Of a DNA stretch of 64,000 nt, positions 38,360 to 47,758 are shown piece after piece. Both the position numbers and the translations under genes were made by a program. Source of the DNA: an uncultured Micromonosporaceae bacterium (GTDB lineage: Bacteria; Actinomycetota; Actinomycetes; Mycobacteriales; Micromonosporaceae); contig CAZYCD010000002.1 of NCBI GenBank assembly GCA_964645345.1, forward strand, positions 27,276-91,275, given 5' to 3'. The number at the start of each line of letters is the position of its first letter. Positions within the stretch are counted from its first letter, which is position 1. A model generated the notes under the pieces. The model was not told the DNA's origin. It did not search any database and saw only the letters and a list, made by a program, of their open reading frames with translations.

Positions 38360-39736
38360 TCAGCTCGCGCCCAGCGCCAGCACGCGGGCGCGTTCGGCGT
38401 CGTCCATGAGCGGGACCCGACCGACCTTTGTGGACGGTTGGGTGACGGCCACATCCAGCAGCCGCACGTAGGTCCTGACCAGCCGGGCGACCGTGGCCTC
38501 GTCGAACAGGTCGGTGTCGTACCGGAACACCAGCGTCATGCCGGTGGCCGACCGGGTGATCTCGACGTTCAGGTCGTACTGGCCCTCCAGCCGGGGCACG
38601 TCCAGCGGTGCGATACGCAGCCATCTGTCGTCCACATCGGACTCTCCGTCGGCGAGTCTGTCCAATGTGGAGTCGAATCGGGTCGCCGTCACCATGGTGA
38701 CCGCGAGCCGGAACAGCGGCGTGGCGCCCGCGATGCGGCCCAGCAGGTTCAGCAACATCGGGAGGGGGTACCCGACGTGCGCGGTACCCTGCACCACCTG
38801 CTCGCCGGCCGCCTGTACCGCGGCGGCGAACGTGGTGCCCCGGTCGAACCTCGCGCGCAGCACCAGCGCGTTGACGAAGTACCCGACGACGTCGCGGGTG
38901 CGCCGGCTGCGCCGGGTGGTGGTCGGGCAGCCGAGCAGGAAGTCCTCCTGCCCGGTGTACCGGTACACCAGCGACTGGAACACCCCGAGCAGGAACGCGA
39001 ACGGGGTGACCGCGTGCCGCGCGGCGGCGGCGGCGATCCGGTCCACCAGGTCGGGGTCCAGCCGGCGGGCGTGGGTCGCGCCGGCGAACCGCTGCCGGGC
39101 CGGACGCGGCCGGTCGGTGGGCAGCTCGGCGGCGACCGCGCCGGCGCACACCGCGCGCCAGTAGTCCTCCAGCTCCGCGCGGCGGGCGGAGGCCAGCAGG
39201 CGGCGCTCGGCCGCCACGTAGTCGTCGTAGTCGCCGCCGACCGGCGGCAGGTCGGGTTCCCGGCCCGCCGCGAACCGCCGGTAACCCGCGAGCAGGTCCC
39301 GCCAGATCAGCCACTGCGAGGTGGCGTCCGTGGCGATGTGGTGGTCGCCGACCACCAGGGCCGCGTCGCGCTCGCGGCGCAGCAGCACCACGCGGGCCGG
39401 CCCGTCGGTCTCCAGGGTGAACGGGGTGAGAGCGATCTCGCGGGCCATCCGCCGCAGGTCGGCGTCGCCGCCGCCGGGCACGTCACGCACCTCGAGGTCG
39501 ATCAGGTCCCCGCCGCGCACCAGCCGACCCGGGACCCCGTCGGACTCGCCGAACACCGACCGCAGCAGGTCGTGCCGCGACAGCAGCAGCCGCACCGACT
39601 TGGCGAGGGCGTCGACGTCGGGTACCGGGTCCAGGAGCCCGGCACCGGCGTCGTTGTAGGCGGTACTCGCCGGGGCCAGCCTGTACAACAGCCACAGCGA
39701 CTCCTGCCCGACTGACAGTGCCCGCAGATCGTCCAC
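38360..39736 (-). CDS. Free-standing condensation-domain protein
   Basis: LSVGQESLW, RHDLLRS, HHIATDA (HHxxxD), ELPTDRPRP and VGYFVNALVLR motifs; no A or T domain. Confidence 0.88.
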   Translation of the reverse strand: MDDLRALSVGQESLWLLYRLAPASTAYNDAGAGLLDPVPDVDALAKSVRLLLSRHDLLRSVFGESDGVPGRLVRGGDLIDLEVRDVPGGGDADLRRMAREIALTPFTLETDGPARVVLLRRERDAALVVGDHHIATDATSQWLIWRDLLAGYRRFAAGREPDLPPVGGDYDDYVAAERRLLASARRAELEDYWRAVCAGAVAAELPTDRPRPARQRFAGATHARRLDPDLVDRIAAAAARHAVTPFAFLLGVFQSLVYRYTGQEDFLLGCPTTTRRSRRTRDVVGYFVNALVLRARFDRGTTFAAAVQAAGEQVVQGTAHVGYPLPMLLNLLGRIAGATPLFRLAVTMVTATRFDSTLDRLADGESDVDDRWLRIAPLDVPRLEGQYDLNVEITRSATGMTLVFRYDTDLFDEATVARLVRTYVRLLDVAVTQPSTKVGRVPLMDDAERARVLALGAS

Positions 39737-39738
39737 GG

Positions 39739-39999
39739 TCAGGCGCGGCTGCGCAGCGACAGCACCAGGTCGGCGAGGTCCTGGACGCGCACGACCTTGG
39801 CGACCTCGTCGTCGGGTACCTCGATGTCGAAGGCGATTTCCATCGCGGCCAGCAGGTCGACCCGGGTGAGCGAGTCGAGGTCCAGCTCCTCGAAGGTGGA
39901 GGTCGGGGTGATCTCGCCGGTGAACTCGGGGAGCAGCCTGCGCAGCTCCTTGTCCATCTCGGCGAAGACGTCTTCCTGGGTGATGGTGGGGGTGGTCAC
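39739..39999 (-). CDS. Acyl carrier protein
   Basis: 86 aa acidic protein with LDLDSL..V...ME..FDIEVPD. Confidence 0.9.
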   Translation of the reverse strand: MTTPTITQEDVFAEMDKELRRLLPEFTGEITPTSTFEELDLDSLTRVDLLAAMEIAFDIEVPDDEVAKVVRVQDLADLVLSLRSRA

Positions 40000-40038
40000 G
40001 GCTGACCGTCCCTTCTGGTCGGTGTTATCTCGGTGGTT

Positions 40039-40995
40039 TCAAGGCATCCGGATGACTTGGCCGGAGTAGGTCAGGCCGGCGCCGAAGCCCAGCAGCAGCA
40101 CCAGGTCTCCGGGCGACATCCGGCCGCTCTCGTACAGGCGGGACAGGGCCAGCGGTACCGAGGCGGCCGAGGTGTTGCCGGTGTCGACCACGTCCCGGGC
40201 GACCCGATCGTCGGGGAACCGCAGCGTCCGCGCGAGGGTGTCGATGATGCGCCTGTTCGCCTGGTGCGGTACCAGCCAGTCGACCTCCTCCAGCGGCACC
40301 CCGTACCGCTCGCACGCCTGGCGGGCGACCGGCGGGATCTTCGCGGTGGACCACTTGTAGACCAGCGGGCCGTCCATGGTGACGTACTCCTCGCCCGGCC
40401 CGAACTCGGTCATGCCCAGCACTCCGGCACGGGCGCCGTCGCTGCCCCACACGGCCGGGCCGATGTTGTTCTGCTCGGACCGGGAGACCACCGCGGCGCC
40501 CGCGCCGTCGCCGAAGATGACGAAGGTGTCCGGAGTCTGCGGGTTGATCCATTCGCTGGTCCGCTCCGCGCCGACCACCAGCACGTGCCGGGCGTCGCCG
40601 GTGCGCACCGCGTTGGAAGCCATGGCCAGCGAGTAGGTGAACCCGGCGCAGACCGCGTTGAGGTCGAAGGCGCCCGCCCGGGGCAGGCCGATCTTCGAGG
40701 CCACGGTCGGCCCACCGCCCGGCATCCGCTGCCGGCGGGTCGCGGTCGCCAGGATCACCAGGTCGATGTCCTCGACGCCGAGGTTGGCGGCGGCGACTGC
40801 CTTGCGGCCGGCCTCGGCGGCCATCGTGGTGATGTCCTCCTCGGCCGACGCGTGGTGGCGGGACTGGATCCCGGTCCGCTCGACGATCCACTCGGGAGCG
40901 ACGGTGGTGCGCGGCGACAGCACATCATTCGTGACGGGCTGCCCGGGACGGTATCCGGCAATTCCGGTAAGGCTCGAACCGTAGCTCTGCACCAT
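40039..40995 (-). CDS. fabH: 3-oxoacyl-ACP synthase III (FabH-like)
   Basis: WIVERTGI, AVCAGF (Cys), FGDGAGA, PHQAN (His), GNTSAAS (Asn) and GFGAGLT motifs. Confidence 0.92.
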   Translation of the reverse strand: MVQSYGSSLTGIAGYRPGQPVTNDVLSPRTTVAPEWIVERTGIQSRHHASAEEDITTMAAEAGRKAVAAANLGVEDIDLVILATATRRQRMPGGGPTVASKIGLPRAGAFDLNAVCAGFTYSLAMASNAVRTGDARHVLVVGAERTSEWINPQTPDTFVIFGDGAGAAVVSRSEQNNIGPAVWGSDGARAGVLGMTEFGPGEEYVTMDGPLVYKWSTAKIPPVARQACERYGVPLEEVDWLVPHQANRRIIDTLARTLRFPDDRVARDVVDTGNTSAASVPLALSRLYESGRMSPGDLVLLLGFGAGLTYSGQVIRMP

Positions 40996-41049
40996 CGCGG
41001 GCCCCCAAGTCGAGTGCGCCAAACACACGCCTGCCAATTGACATCGCCG

Positions 41050-41081
41050 AGCGTGCAGGGGGCAGCTATAGGGTTCCTATA
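41050..41081 (-). promoter_or_regulatory. SARP-type promoter of the fabH-NRPS operon
   Basis: Minus strand reads TATAGGA-accc-TATAGCT, 8 nt, -10 CACGCT. Confidence 0.7.
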
Positions 41082-41121
41082 TTGCGTCCGGCACGGGTGT
41101 CGGGCGCCGGACAGCCAGGCG

Positions 41122-41153
41122 TATAGAAACAATATGGCTGTCCCGTGCAGTCT
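41122..41153 (+). promoter_or_regulatory. SARP-type promoter of the decarboxylase operon
   Basis: TATAGAA-acaa-TATGGCT, 8 nt, -10 CAGTCT; overlapped by the inverted repeat GGACAGCCA/TGGCTGTCC (41109-41143). Confidence 0.65.
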
Positions 41154-41185
41154 CCCCTCATTCGGCGTGGGGAGGCGGACGAGGC

Positions 41186-42739
41186 ATGCAGCAGGACGGC
41201 ACCATCGCGCCCGCGACCGTGGCCGCGATCGCCCGGGAGTACGGCACCCCGCTGTTCGTCTACGACAGCTGCGTGCTGGCCGAGTCCTTCCGGGAACTGC
41301 GCGCCGCGCTGCCGCCGGAGATGGAAATCTTCTATTCGCTGAAGGCCAATCCGAACATCAGCATCTGCGGCCTGCTGGCCGGCTACGGCGCCCGCGCCGA
41401 GGTCTCCTCGCTGGTCGAGCTGCGGACCGCCGTGATGGCCGGCGTCGATCCGGACGACATCATCTTCCTCGGCCCGGGCAAGAGCCCGCAGGAGCTGGCC
41501 GCGTGCGTGGCAAACGGGGTCTACGCGGTGGTGGTCGAGTCGTTCGACGAGCTGGCCGAGCTGTCCTGCGTGGCCGCCGAGCAGGACGCGCGGCAGCGCG
41601 TGCTGGTACGGGTCAACCCCGCCGCCGGGAGCGGCGGCGCCGGGCTGACCATGGGCGGCAAGCCGCGCCAGTTCGGCATCGACGAGGATCAACTGCTCGC
41701 GGCCGGGTGCCTGCCGGACCGCTTCCCGCGGCTGGACTTCGCGGGGGTACACGTCTACCTGGGTACCCGCATCCTCGACCCGGACGCGGTCGTCGAGAAC
41801 ACCGCCCGCAACCTCGACCTTGCCGGCCGGGTCTGCGAGGCGACAGGGATCCCGCTGGACGCGGTGGATGTCGGTGGCGGGCTGGGTGTCGCGTACTTCG
41901 ATGGCGAGTCCGACCCGGACCTCGCCCGGCTGGCCGAGGGCATGGCGCGCGTGGTCGGCGACTTCCGCGCCCGGTACCCGCACGCCAGGCTGCTGTTCGA
42001 GGCCGGCCGGTACCTGACCGCCCGCTCAGGCAGCTACGTGACCCGGGTCCGCTATGTGAAGCGGTCGATGGGCCAGTGGTTCGCGGTCGCCGACGGCGGC
42101 ACCAACCACCACATGGCGGCCGGCGGCATCGGCTCCTACGTGCGCCGCAACTTCCCGGTCCGGGCGCTGCCCGCCGATCCCTGCGCACCGGAGCCGGTCG
42201 ACGCCGGGGACTCCCCCGACGGTCAGTGGACGGTCACCGGGCCGCTGTGCACCCCGAGCGACACGATCCTCACCAACGTCACGCTGCCCCGGCTGCGCCC
42301 CGGCGACCTGCTGGCGATCGGGCGCAGCGGCGCGTACGGCGCGTCCGCCTCCCCGGGGCTGTTCCTCAGCCACGGGTACCCGGCGGAGGTGCTGTACCAC
42401 CAGGACCGGCCGTACCTGATCCGCACCCGTGACGACTCCGTTGACCTGCTACGCCGCCAGCACCACCACCACTTCAGGAGCGAGCCGATGGACCGCGCCC
42501 AGGTTGTCGAACAGATCCGTACCGTCATCGCGACCCTGCTCGGCAGGGACCTGCCGGTACTCGACGAGGACACCAAGCTGACCGAGCTGGGGCTGGACTC
42601 CACCGGGGTGCTGGAGATGCTCATCGAACTGGAGCAGCACGCGCAGTTCGAGGTGGACGCGGACTCCCTGAACCCCGAGGTGTTCGCGACGGTACGTAGC
42701 CTGACGGACTACGTCCTGCAGATGACGCCGGTGCGGTGA
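41186..42739 (+). CDS. LysA/BtrK/VinO-like PLP-dependent decarboxylase fused in frame to a C-terminal ACP (42488-42739)
   Basis: YSLKANP, GPGK, FGID, DVGGG, EAGRYL, GPLCTPSD and GAYG motifs, then LGLDSTG ACP with its own AGGAG RBS and ATG. Confidence 0.88.
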   Translation: MQQDGTIAPATVAAIAREYGTPLFVYDSCVLAESFRELRAALPPEMEIFYSLKANPNISICGLLAGYGARAEVSSLVELRTAVMAGVDPDDIIFLGPGKSPQELAACVANGVYAVVVESFDELAELSCVAAEQDARQRVLVRVNPAAGSGGAGLTMGGKPRQFGIDEDQLLAAGCLPDRFPRLDFAGVHVYLGTRILDPDAVVENTARNLDLAGRVCEATGIPLDAVDVGGGLGVAYFDGESDPDLARLAEGMARVVGDFRARYPHARLLFEAGRYLTARSGSYVTRVRYVKRSMGQWFAVADGGTNHHMAAGGIGSYVRRNFPVRALPADPCAPEPVDAGDSPDGQWTVTGPLCTPSDTILTNVTLPRLRPGDLLAIGRSGAYGASASPGLFLSHGYPAEVLYHQDRPYLIRTRDDSVDLLRRQHHHHFRSEPMDRAQVVEQIRTVIATLLGRDLPVLDEDTKLTELGLDSTGVLEMLIELEQHAQFEVDADSLNPEVFATVRSLTDYVLQMTPVR

Positions 42740-43404
42740 CGGCCACGGCGGCGACCGCCGTACCGGCGGCCGATCTGTCCACTGTGGAGGGCGTTGCCTA
42801 CCGGGACGGTCTGGCCGCCGGGCTGCGCGCGATCCTCGACCCGGCCGCCCCGGTACCGGCGACCCCGGAGGGGTACACGCTGCTGCCAGCGGGGAGCACG
42901 GCGCTGGCCGAGCGGGCCGGGCTGACCGTCCTGCCACATCCGCTGGCCGCGACCGAGGGCCTTGTGCTGGTACGGCTGGACGGCTGGGCCCGGCCCGGGC
43001 GGACGGGCCCCGAGGGCGCCCGGTACGCCCTGCCCCTGGTGGCCGTACGGCTGGGCCTGCTGCGCCGGATGCTCGACGCGGCCGTGACGCACCTGGCCGG
43101 ACGGCAGTCCGACGGCGCCCCGCTGACCGCCCGGCAACTGGTCCAGGCGGCCGTCGCGGACGTGGCCACCACGCTGGAGACCTGCCGCCACGCGCTGGGT
43201 ACCGCGGGTCCGTCCATAGTGGACTGTCCGGACGCCGGGGACTGGCTGCACGCCCGGCTGGACCGGGCCGACCTCACCGTCGCCACGATGTTCGGCGGGT
43301 CCGGGTTCCTGCGCGACCACCCGGTGCGGTGCCTGCACGTCGCCGCGCTCGTCAGAGAGGCGTGGGCGCCGGGCGGGCCGACCGACCACGGTTGGGAGTC
43401 CTGA
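42736..43404 (+). CDS. Truncated acyl-CoA dehydrogenase-like protein (C-terminal helical domain only)
   Basis: LDAAVTHLAGRQSDGAPL..RQLVQ..VAD and FGGSGFLRDHP motifs; GTGA overlap. Confidence 0.65.
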   Translation: MTATAATAVPAADLSTVEGVAYRDGLAAGLRAILDPAAPVPATPEGYTLLPAGSTALAERAGLTVLPHPLAATEGLVLVRLDGWARPGRTGPEGARYALPLVAVRLGLLRRMLDAAVTHLAGRQSDGAPLTARQLVQAAVADVATTLETCRHALGTAGPSIVDCPDAGDWLHARLDRADLTVATMFGGSGFLRDHPVRCLHVAALVREAWAPGGPTDHGWES

Positions 43405-44520
43405 GTGGAGCTCGACGACCGGCTGCGCCGGCTGCGGGACGAGGTGCGCGAGCACGCGGACGGGCTGCGGGCGCTGGCGATGGCCGTTGACGCGGCGCCC
43501 GCGGAGGCACGCCGGTACCTGGACACCGCCGCGGTGCGCGCGGTCCACCGGCTCAGCATGCCCCCCGAGCGGCGCTCGGGGGGACGCTGCCTGGAACTGG
43601 TGGTCGGGATGGTCGAGGCGGCCCGGGGCGACGCCGGGGTCACGCTCGCCTGCCCCGGGCCGTCCGTCGCGGGTACCGTCGTGGATCTGCTCGCCGACGA
43701 CGTCCGGCGCGACCGGTTCCGCGCGGCCCTGGCCGGCGGCCGTACCTGGGCCTTCTGCGCCATCACGGAGCCCACTGTGGGCAGCGACGCCATGCGGATG
43801 GCGGCCGCGCTGCGGCCGGACGGCGCCGGCGGCTACCTACTCAGCGGCGCCAAGCGGTACATCGGCAACGCCGCGCGCGGCTCGGTCGGCGTGGTGTTCG
43901 CCCGCACCGGCGCCTCCCCCGCGTCGATCCGCGCGCTGCTCGTCGAGGCGCCCGCGCCGGGACTGCGGGCAGGCACGCTGGACATGCTGGGCCTGCGCGG
44001 CGCGCAGATCGGCCAACTGGACTTCGACGACGTGCCGGTCGCGCCGGAAAACCTGCTCGGCAACCACCTGACCACCATGCGGCGCGGGATGTGGGGCGCC
44101 ATCCGGGCCTTCGACAACGTACGCGTGCAGGTCGGGGCGATGGCCGTGGGTACCGCGACGGCCGTCTACGAGTACGTGCGCGAGCGCAGGCGCGAGCTGA
44201 CCGGCACCGAGGCGGCCCAGTTGGCCGCGGCGAAGGCGCGCATCGGCGCGGTGCGCGACCTGCTGTACCGGGCGGCCGCCGAGGTGGACGCCGACCGGGG
44301 ACGCGGGCACCTCGCGTCGCTGGCGAAGCTGGAGGCTGTCGCGCTGGTGCGCCGGGCGACCGCGGTGCTGCCCCGGGTACTCGGCCCGGGCGCGCTGCTT
44401 GAGCATCCGCTGCTGGAGAAGTGGCGGCGTGACGCGATGGGGATGGAGTTCATGGAAGGTACCAGCGACATCCAGCGGCTCAACGTCGCCCAGGGGTACC
44501 TGCGGGCGGCGGCGGCCTGA
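43405..44520 (+). CDS. Acyl-CoA/acyl-ACP dehydrogenase
   Basis: FCAITEP..GSD, LSGAKRYIGN, MLGLRG and LEKWRRDA...FMEGTSDIQRL motifs. Confidence 0.9.
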   Translation: MELDDRLRRLRDEVREHADGLRALAMAVDAAPAEARRYLDTAAVRAVHRLSMPPERRSGGRCLELVVGMVEAARGDAGVTLACPGPSVAGTVVDLLADDVRRDRFRAALAGGRTWAFCAITEPTVGSDAMRMAAALRPDGAGGYLLSGAKRYIGNAARGSVGVVFARTGASPASIRALLVEAPAPGLRAGTLDMLGLRGAQIGQLDFDDVPVAPENLLGNHLTTMRRGMWGAIRAFDNVRVQVGAMAVGTATAVYEYVRERRRELTGTEAAQLAAAKARIGAVRDLLYRAAAEVDADRGRGHLASLAKLEAVALVRRATAVLPRVLGPGALLEHPLLEKWRRDAMGMEFMEGTSDIQRLNVAQGYLRAAAA

Positions 44521-45458
44521 TGGGCACCACGCTGGTGGAGGTCGCCGCCTACCTGCCGCCCACGCCGGTACCGATCGCCACGGTCGGCGAGGCACTCGGC
44601 CTGACCCCCGTCGACGTCCGGGTGTACCAGAAGTTCTACGGCCTCGAGCAGGTCCTCGTCGACCCCACGGCGCACGTGGCCGACCTTCTCGTCTCGGCCG
44701 CCAAGGCGCTTGAGTCGCTGACCGGCGTCGCGGACCGCATCCGCTACGTCATCCACGCCCGCACCATCCAGCCGACCGGGCCGTACTCGGTCAACCCGCT
44801 GCTGGACGCGCGGCGCACGCTCGGGCTGGAGCACGCGGTCGCCTTCGCGGTGACCCAGCACGCCTGCGCCTCCGGGCTGCTGGCCGTCGACCTGGCCGGA
44901 CGGCTGCTGGCCGGCGAGGCACCCGACGCCCTGGCGCTGGTGCTCACCGGCGAGAAGACCTACCGGCACGTGACCGAGCTGATGCCGGTACCGACGGCCA
45001 TGGGCGAGGCGGCCGCCGCCTGCCTGGTCGGCGCCGGCGGTACCGGCGACCAACTGCTGTCCTACGCCACCCGGACGCATGGCGAGTTCCGGTCGGTGTC
45101 GCACGAGACCCGGGCGGCCTTCCAACGCATGTACCCCGGCGCCCTGGCCGGTGTGATGGCGTTGGCCGCCGAGCGGGCCGGCCTCGCACTGTCCGATGTG
45201 GACCTGATCCTGCCGCACAACGTCAACCGCATCTCCTGGGCCGGCCTGGCCCAGCTGCTGGATTTCCCGCATCAGCGCATCTTCCTGGACAACGTGCCGG
45301 TGACCGGGCACTCGTTCTGCGCCGATCCGTTCCTCAACTACGCCGCCGCCGTCGAGCAGGACCTGCTGCGGCCCGGCGACCGGTACCTGATGGCCAGCGT
45401 GGGGCTGGGCGCGACCTTCTCCGCGATGGTGTTCCGCTACCACGGGGAGCACGGGTGA
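44520..45458 (+). CDS. KAS III-like (FabH-fold) condensing or acyl-transfer enzyme
   Basis: QHACASG (Cys), MGEAAAA, LPHNVN, GHSFCAD and SVGLGATF motifs. Confidence 0.8.
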   Translation: MGTTLVEVAAYLPPTPVPIATVGEALGLTPVDVRVYQKFYGLEQVLVDPTAHVADLLVSAAKALESLTGVADRIRYVIHARTIQPTGPYSVNPLLDARRTLGLEHAVAFAVTQHACASGLLAVDLAGRLLAGEAPDALALVLTGEKTYRHVTELMPVPTAMGEAAAACLVGAGGTGDQLLSYATRTHGEFRSVSHETRAAFQRMYPGALAGVMALAAERAGLALSDVDLILPHNVNRISWAGLAQLLDFPHQRIFLDNVPVTGHSFCADPFLNYAAAVEQDLLRPGDRYLMASVGLGATFSAMVFRYHGEHG

Positions 45459-46255
45459 CGCTGAGCCTGGACGCGGTGCGGCACACGGTCTTCGGCGCGC
45501 AGGACGGTACCGAGGCGGCGCAGCGGCTGCTCGGGTACTGGGGCGAGCGGCTGTCCCCCTACCGGGTACCGGTAGCACCCCACCGGTACCTGGGCGGCAA
45601 CCGCAACTCGGTGAGCTCGATGACCTGCGCGGTGGCCGCGCCACACCAGGCGGACGGGCCACTGGACCTGGTGATCGGCGCCCACGCGGTACCGGACAGC
45701 GACCCGTTCCTGTCGCTGTCCGGCAGCTACGCGCACCGGTACGACGCCGATGCCCTCGTCTTCGGGGTGTCCGACCGGGGCCGGCTTGCACCCTTCAGCG
45801 CGCTGCGCATCGCGCGGGCCCACCCGGGCCTGTCCCGCATCCTCGTCGTCGCGCTGGACCAGTCGTCCGTGCCGTTCGAGGACCCGGGCCTGGACGACCT
45901 CGACACGACGGCGGACCACGCGGTCGGGCTGCTGCTGTCCGCCGTGCCCGGTGCCGCCGGCGCCCGCCTCGACCTGCTCCCGGACGCCTGCGAGGTGGCG
46001 CCCGGCGCCGTCCGCGCGGCGGTCGACGCGGCCCTGGCCGGCCGGGGCGTCGACCTGGTGATCGCCGGCCCGCACGTCGGACCGGTGACCGGCCACCGCG
46101 TCGTCGAGGCGCCACGCGACCAACTCTGCACGGCGGTGTGGAGCGCGCTGGCCGAGGAGCTTTCCCGGACGCGGGCACGACGCATCGCGCTGGTCGACTA
46201 CGAACCCTCGCTGAAGTACCTCTGCCTGGCCACTGTGGACACCCGAGGGGACTGA
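45455..46255 (+). CDS. Hypothetical protein, possibly a degenerate thiolase-fold partner of the KAS III-like enzyme
   Basis: Translationally coupled on both sides (GTGA, TGATG); no catalytic motif recognised. Confidence 0.6.
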   Translation: MTLSLDAVRHTVFGAQDGTEAAQRLLGYWGERLSPYRVPVAPHRYLGGNRNSVSSMTCAVAAPHQADGPLDLVIGAHAVPDSDPFLSLSGSYAHRYDADALVFGVSDRGRLAPFSALRIARAHPGLSRILVVALDQSSVPFEDPGLDDLDTTADHAVGLLLSAVPGAAGARLDLLPDACEVAPGAVRAAVDAALAGRGVDLVIAGPHVGPVTGHRVVEAPRDQLCTAVWSALAEELSRTRARRIALVDYEPSLKYLCLATVDTRGD

Positions 46256-47724
46256 TGTCCGTGCTGCTGCACGACCTGCTGGACGCGGCCGCCGCGACCG
46301 ACCCCGGCGCGCCCGCGGTCGCGATGGCCGACCACCGGCGTGACTACGCCGGCCTGGCCGCCGCCAGCCGCGAGGTCGCCGGGTGGCTCGCGGCGCGCGG
46401 CGTGCGCCGGGGCGACCGCGTGGTCGTCGCGGCCCCGGTGCACCCGCTGCACGCCCCGCTGGTGTACGGCTGCTCGCGCGTCGGCGCGGTGTTCGTGATC
46501 CTGCACGAGCAGGTGGCCGGGCACGGACTGGCGCACGTGCTGGACGACGCGCGACCGACGCTGGTCATCGCGGACAACCTGGCCTCCCGCGCCCTCGCCG
46601 CCGATCGCGGCGTTGCGTCACTGTCCTGTGTGGACGCCGCCCGGGAGTGCGCGTCGGCGCCCCCACCGCCGGGCGGCCCGGGTCCGCTGGCCGTGGACCC
46701 GGTGTGCTTTATCTACACCTCGGGCAGCACCGGCCTGCCCAAGGCGGTGGTGTCCACCCACGAGCAGGTCGCCTTCGCCGCGACCGCCATCCAGTCCCAG
46801 CTCGGGTACCGGCCGGGCGACGTCGTCTACTGCCCGCTGCCGCTGTCCTTCGACTACGGGCTCTACCAGCTGTTCCTGGCCGCCCTCGGCGGGGCGTCGG
46901 TGCACCTGGGCCGCGCGGCCGACACCGGGCCCGTGCTGCTGCGCAGCCTTCGCACGTCCGGGGCGACCGTGCTGGCGGCGGTACCGTCGCTGGCCGCGTC
47001 CCTGGCCGTGCTGCTGGACCGGTTCGGCGGCACGGTACCGCTGCGGCTGCTCACCAACACCGGCGCTGCCATGCCCACCCGTACCCTCGACATCCTGCGC
47101 AAGCACCTGCCCGATCTGAGGGTGCAGTTGATGTTCGGGCTCACCGAGTGCAAGCGGGTCGCCATCATGCCGCCCGACGAGGACCTGCGCCGCCCGGGCG
47201 CCTGCGGCCGGCCGCTGCCCGGTACCGAGGTGGTGGTCGTGGACGACGCCGGCCGGCCGGTACGCGCCGGTACCCTCGGCGAGCTGGTGGTCCGCGGCCC
47301 GCACGTGATGGCCGGGTACTGGCGGCGCCCGGAGCTGACCGCGCAGCGCTTCCGCCGCGCCGAGGGTCTGTTCCCCGAGCTGCACACCGGCGACTACGGC
47401 TGGCTGGACGAGGACGGGTACCTGTACTTCAGCGGCCGGCGCGACGACATCTACAAGTCGCGCGGTTTCCGGGTCAGCGCGACCGAGGTGGAGGCGGCGG
47501 CGCTGCGGGTGGCCGGGGTGCGCGCGGCGGCCGTGCTGCCGCCGAGCGCCGAGCGGCCCGACGCGATACTCTACGCGGTGACCGACCTCGGCGCGGACGA
47601 GCTGCTGGACCGGCTGCGCGAGCAGATCGAGCCGTACAAGGTACCGGCGCGCTGCATCCCGCTGGAGTCCATGCCGCTCAACGCTAACGGCAAGACCGAC
47701 AAGGTGGCGCTCGCGGCGAGTTGA
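46255..47724 (+). CDS. Stand-alone adenylation enzyme (VinN-like beta-amino/dicarboxylic acid-ACP ligase)
   Basis: YTSGSTGLPK, PLSFDYGLYQ, MFGLTECKR, LHTGD, GRRDD..KSRGFRV and NGKTD motifs. Confidence 0.85.
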   Translation: MSVLLHDLLDAAAATDPGAPAVAMADHRRDYAGLAAASREVAGWLAARGVRRGDRVVVAAPVHPLHAPLVYGCSRVGAVFVILHEQVAGHGLAHVLDDARPTLVIADNLASRALAADRGVASLSCVDAARECASAPPPPGGPGPLAVDPVCFIYTSGSTGLPKAVVSTHEQVAFAATAIQSQLGYRPGDVVYCPLPLSFDYGLYQLFLAALGGASVHLGRAADTGPVLLRSLRTSGATVLAAVPSLAASLAVLLDRFGGTVPLRLLTNTGAAMPTRTLDILRKHLPDLRVQLMFGLTECKRVAIMPPDEDLRRPGACGRPLPGTEVVVVDDAGRPVRAGTLGELVVRGPHVMAGYWRRPELTAQRFRRAEGLFPELHTGDYGWLDEDGYLYFSGRRDDIYKSRGFRVSATEVEAAALRVAGVRAAAVLPPSAERPDAILYAVTDLGADELLDRLREQIEPYKVPARCIPLESMPLNANGKTDKVALAAS

Positions 47725-47758
47725 GCGGCGTTCCTCGTCGAGCCGCCGCCCCCGCTGG

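Noticed and set aside
37341-39314. 988-aa ORF suggesting an SbnB fusion protein
   Set aside because: The upstream part overlaps sbnA and the C-domain gene in another frame; SbnB homology starts at GTG 37340
41186-42487. Housekeeping lysA
   Set aside because: Fused to an ACP, in an operon with a ligase, and under a SARP-type promoter; better fits carrier-dependent decarboxylases
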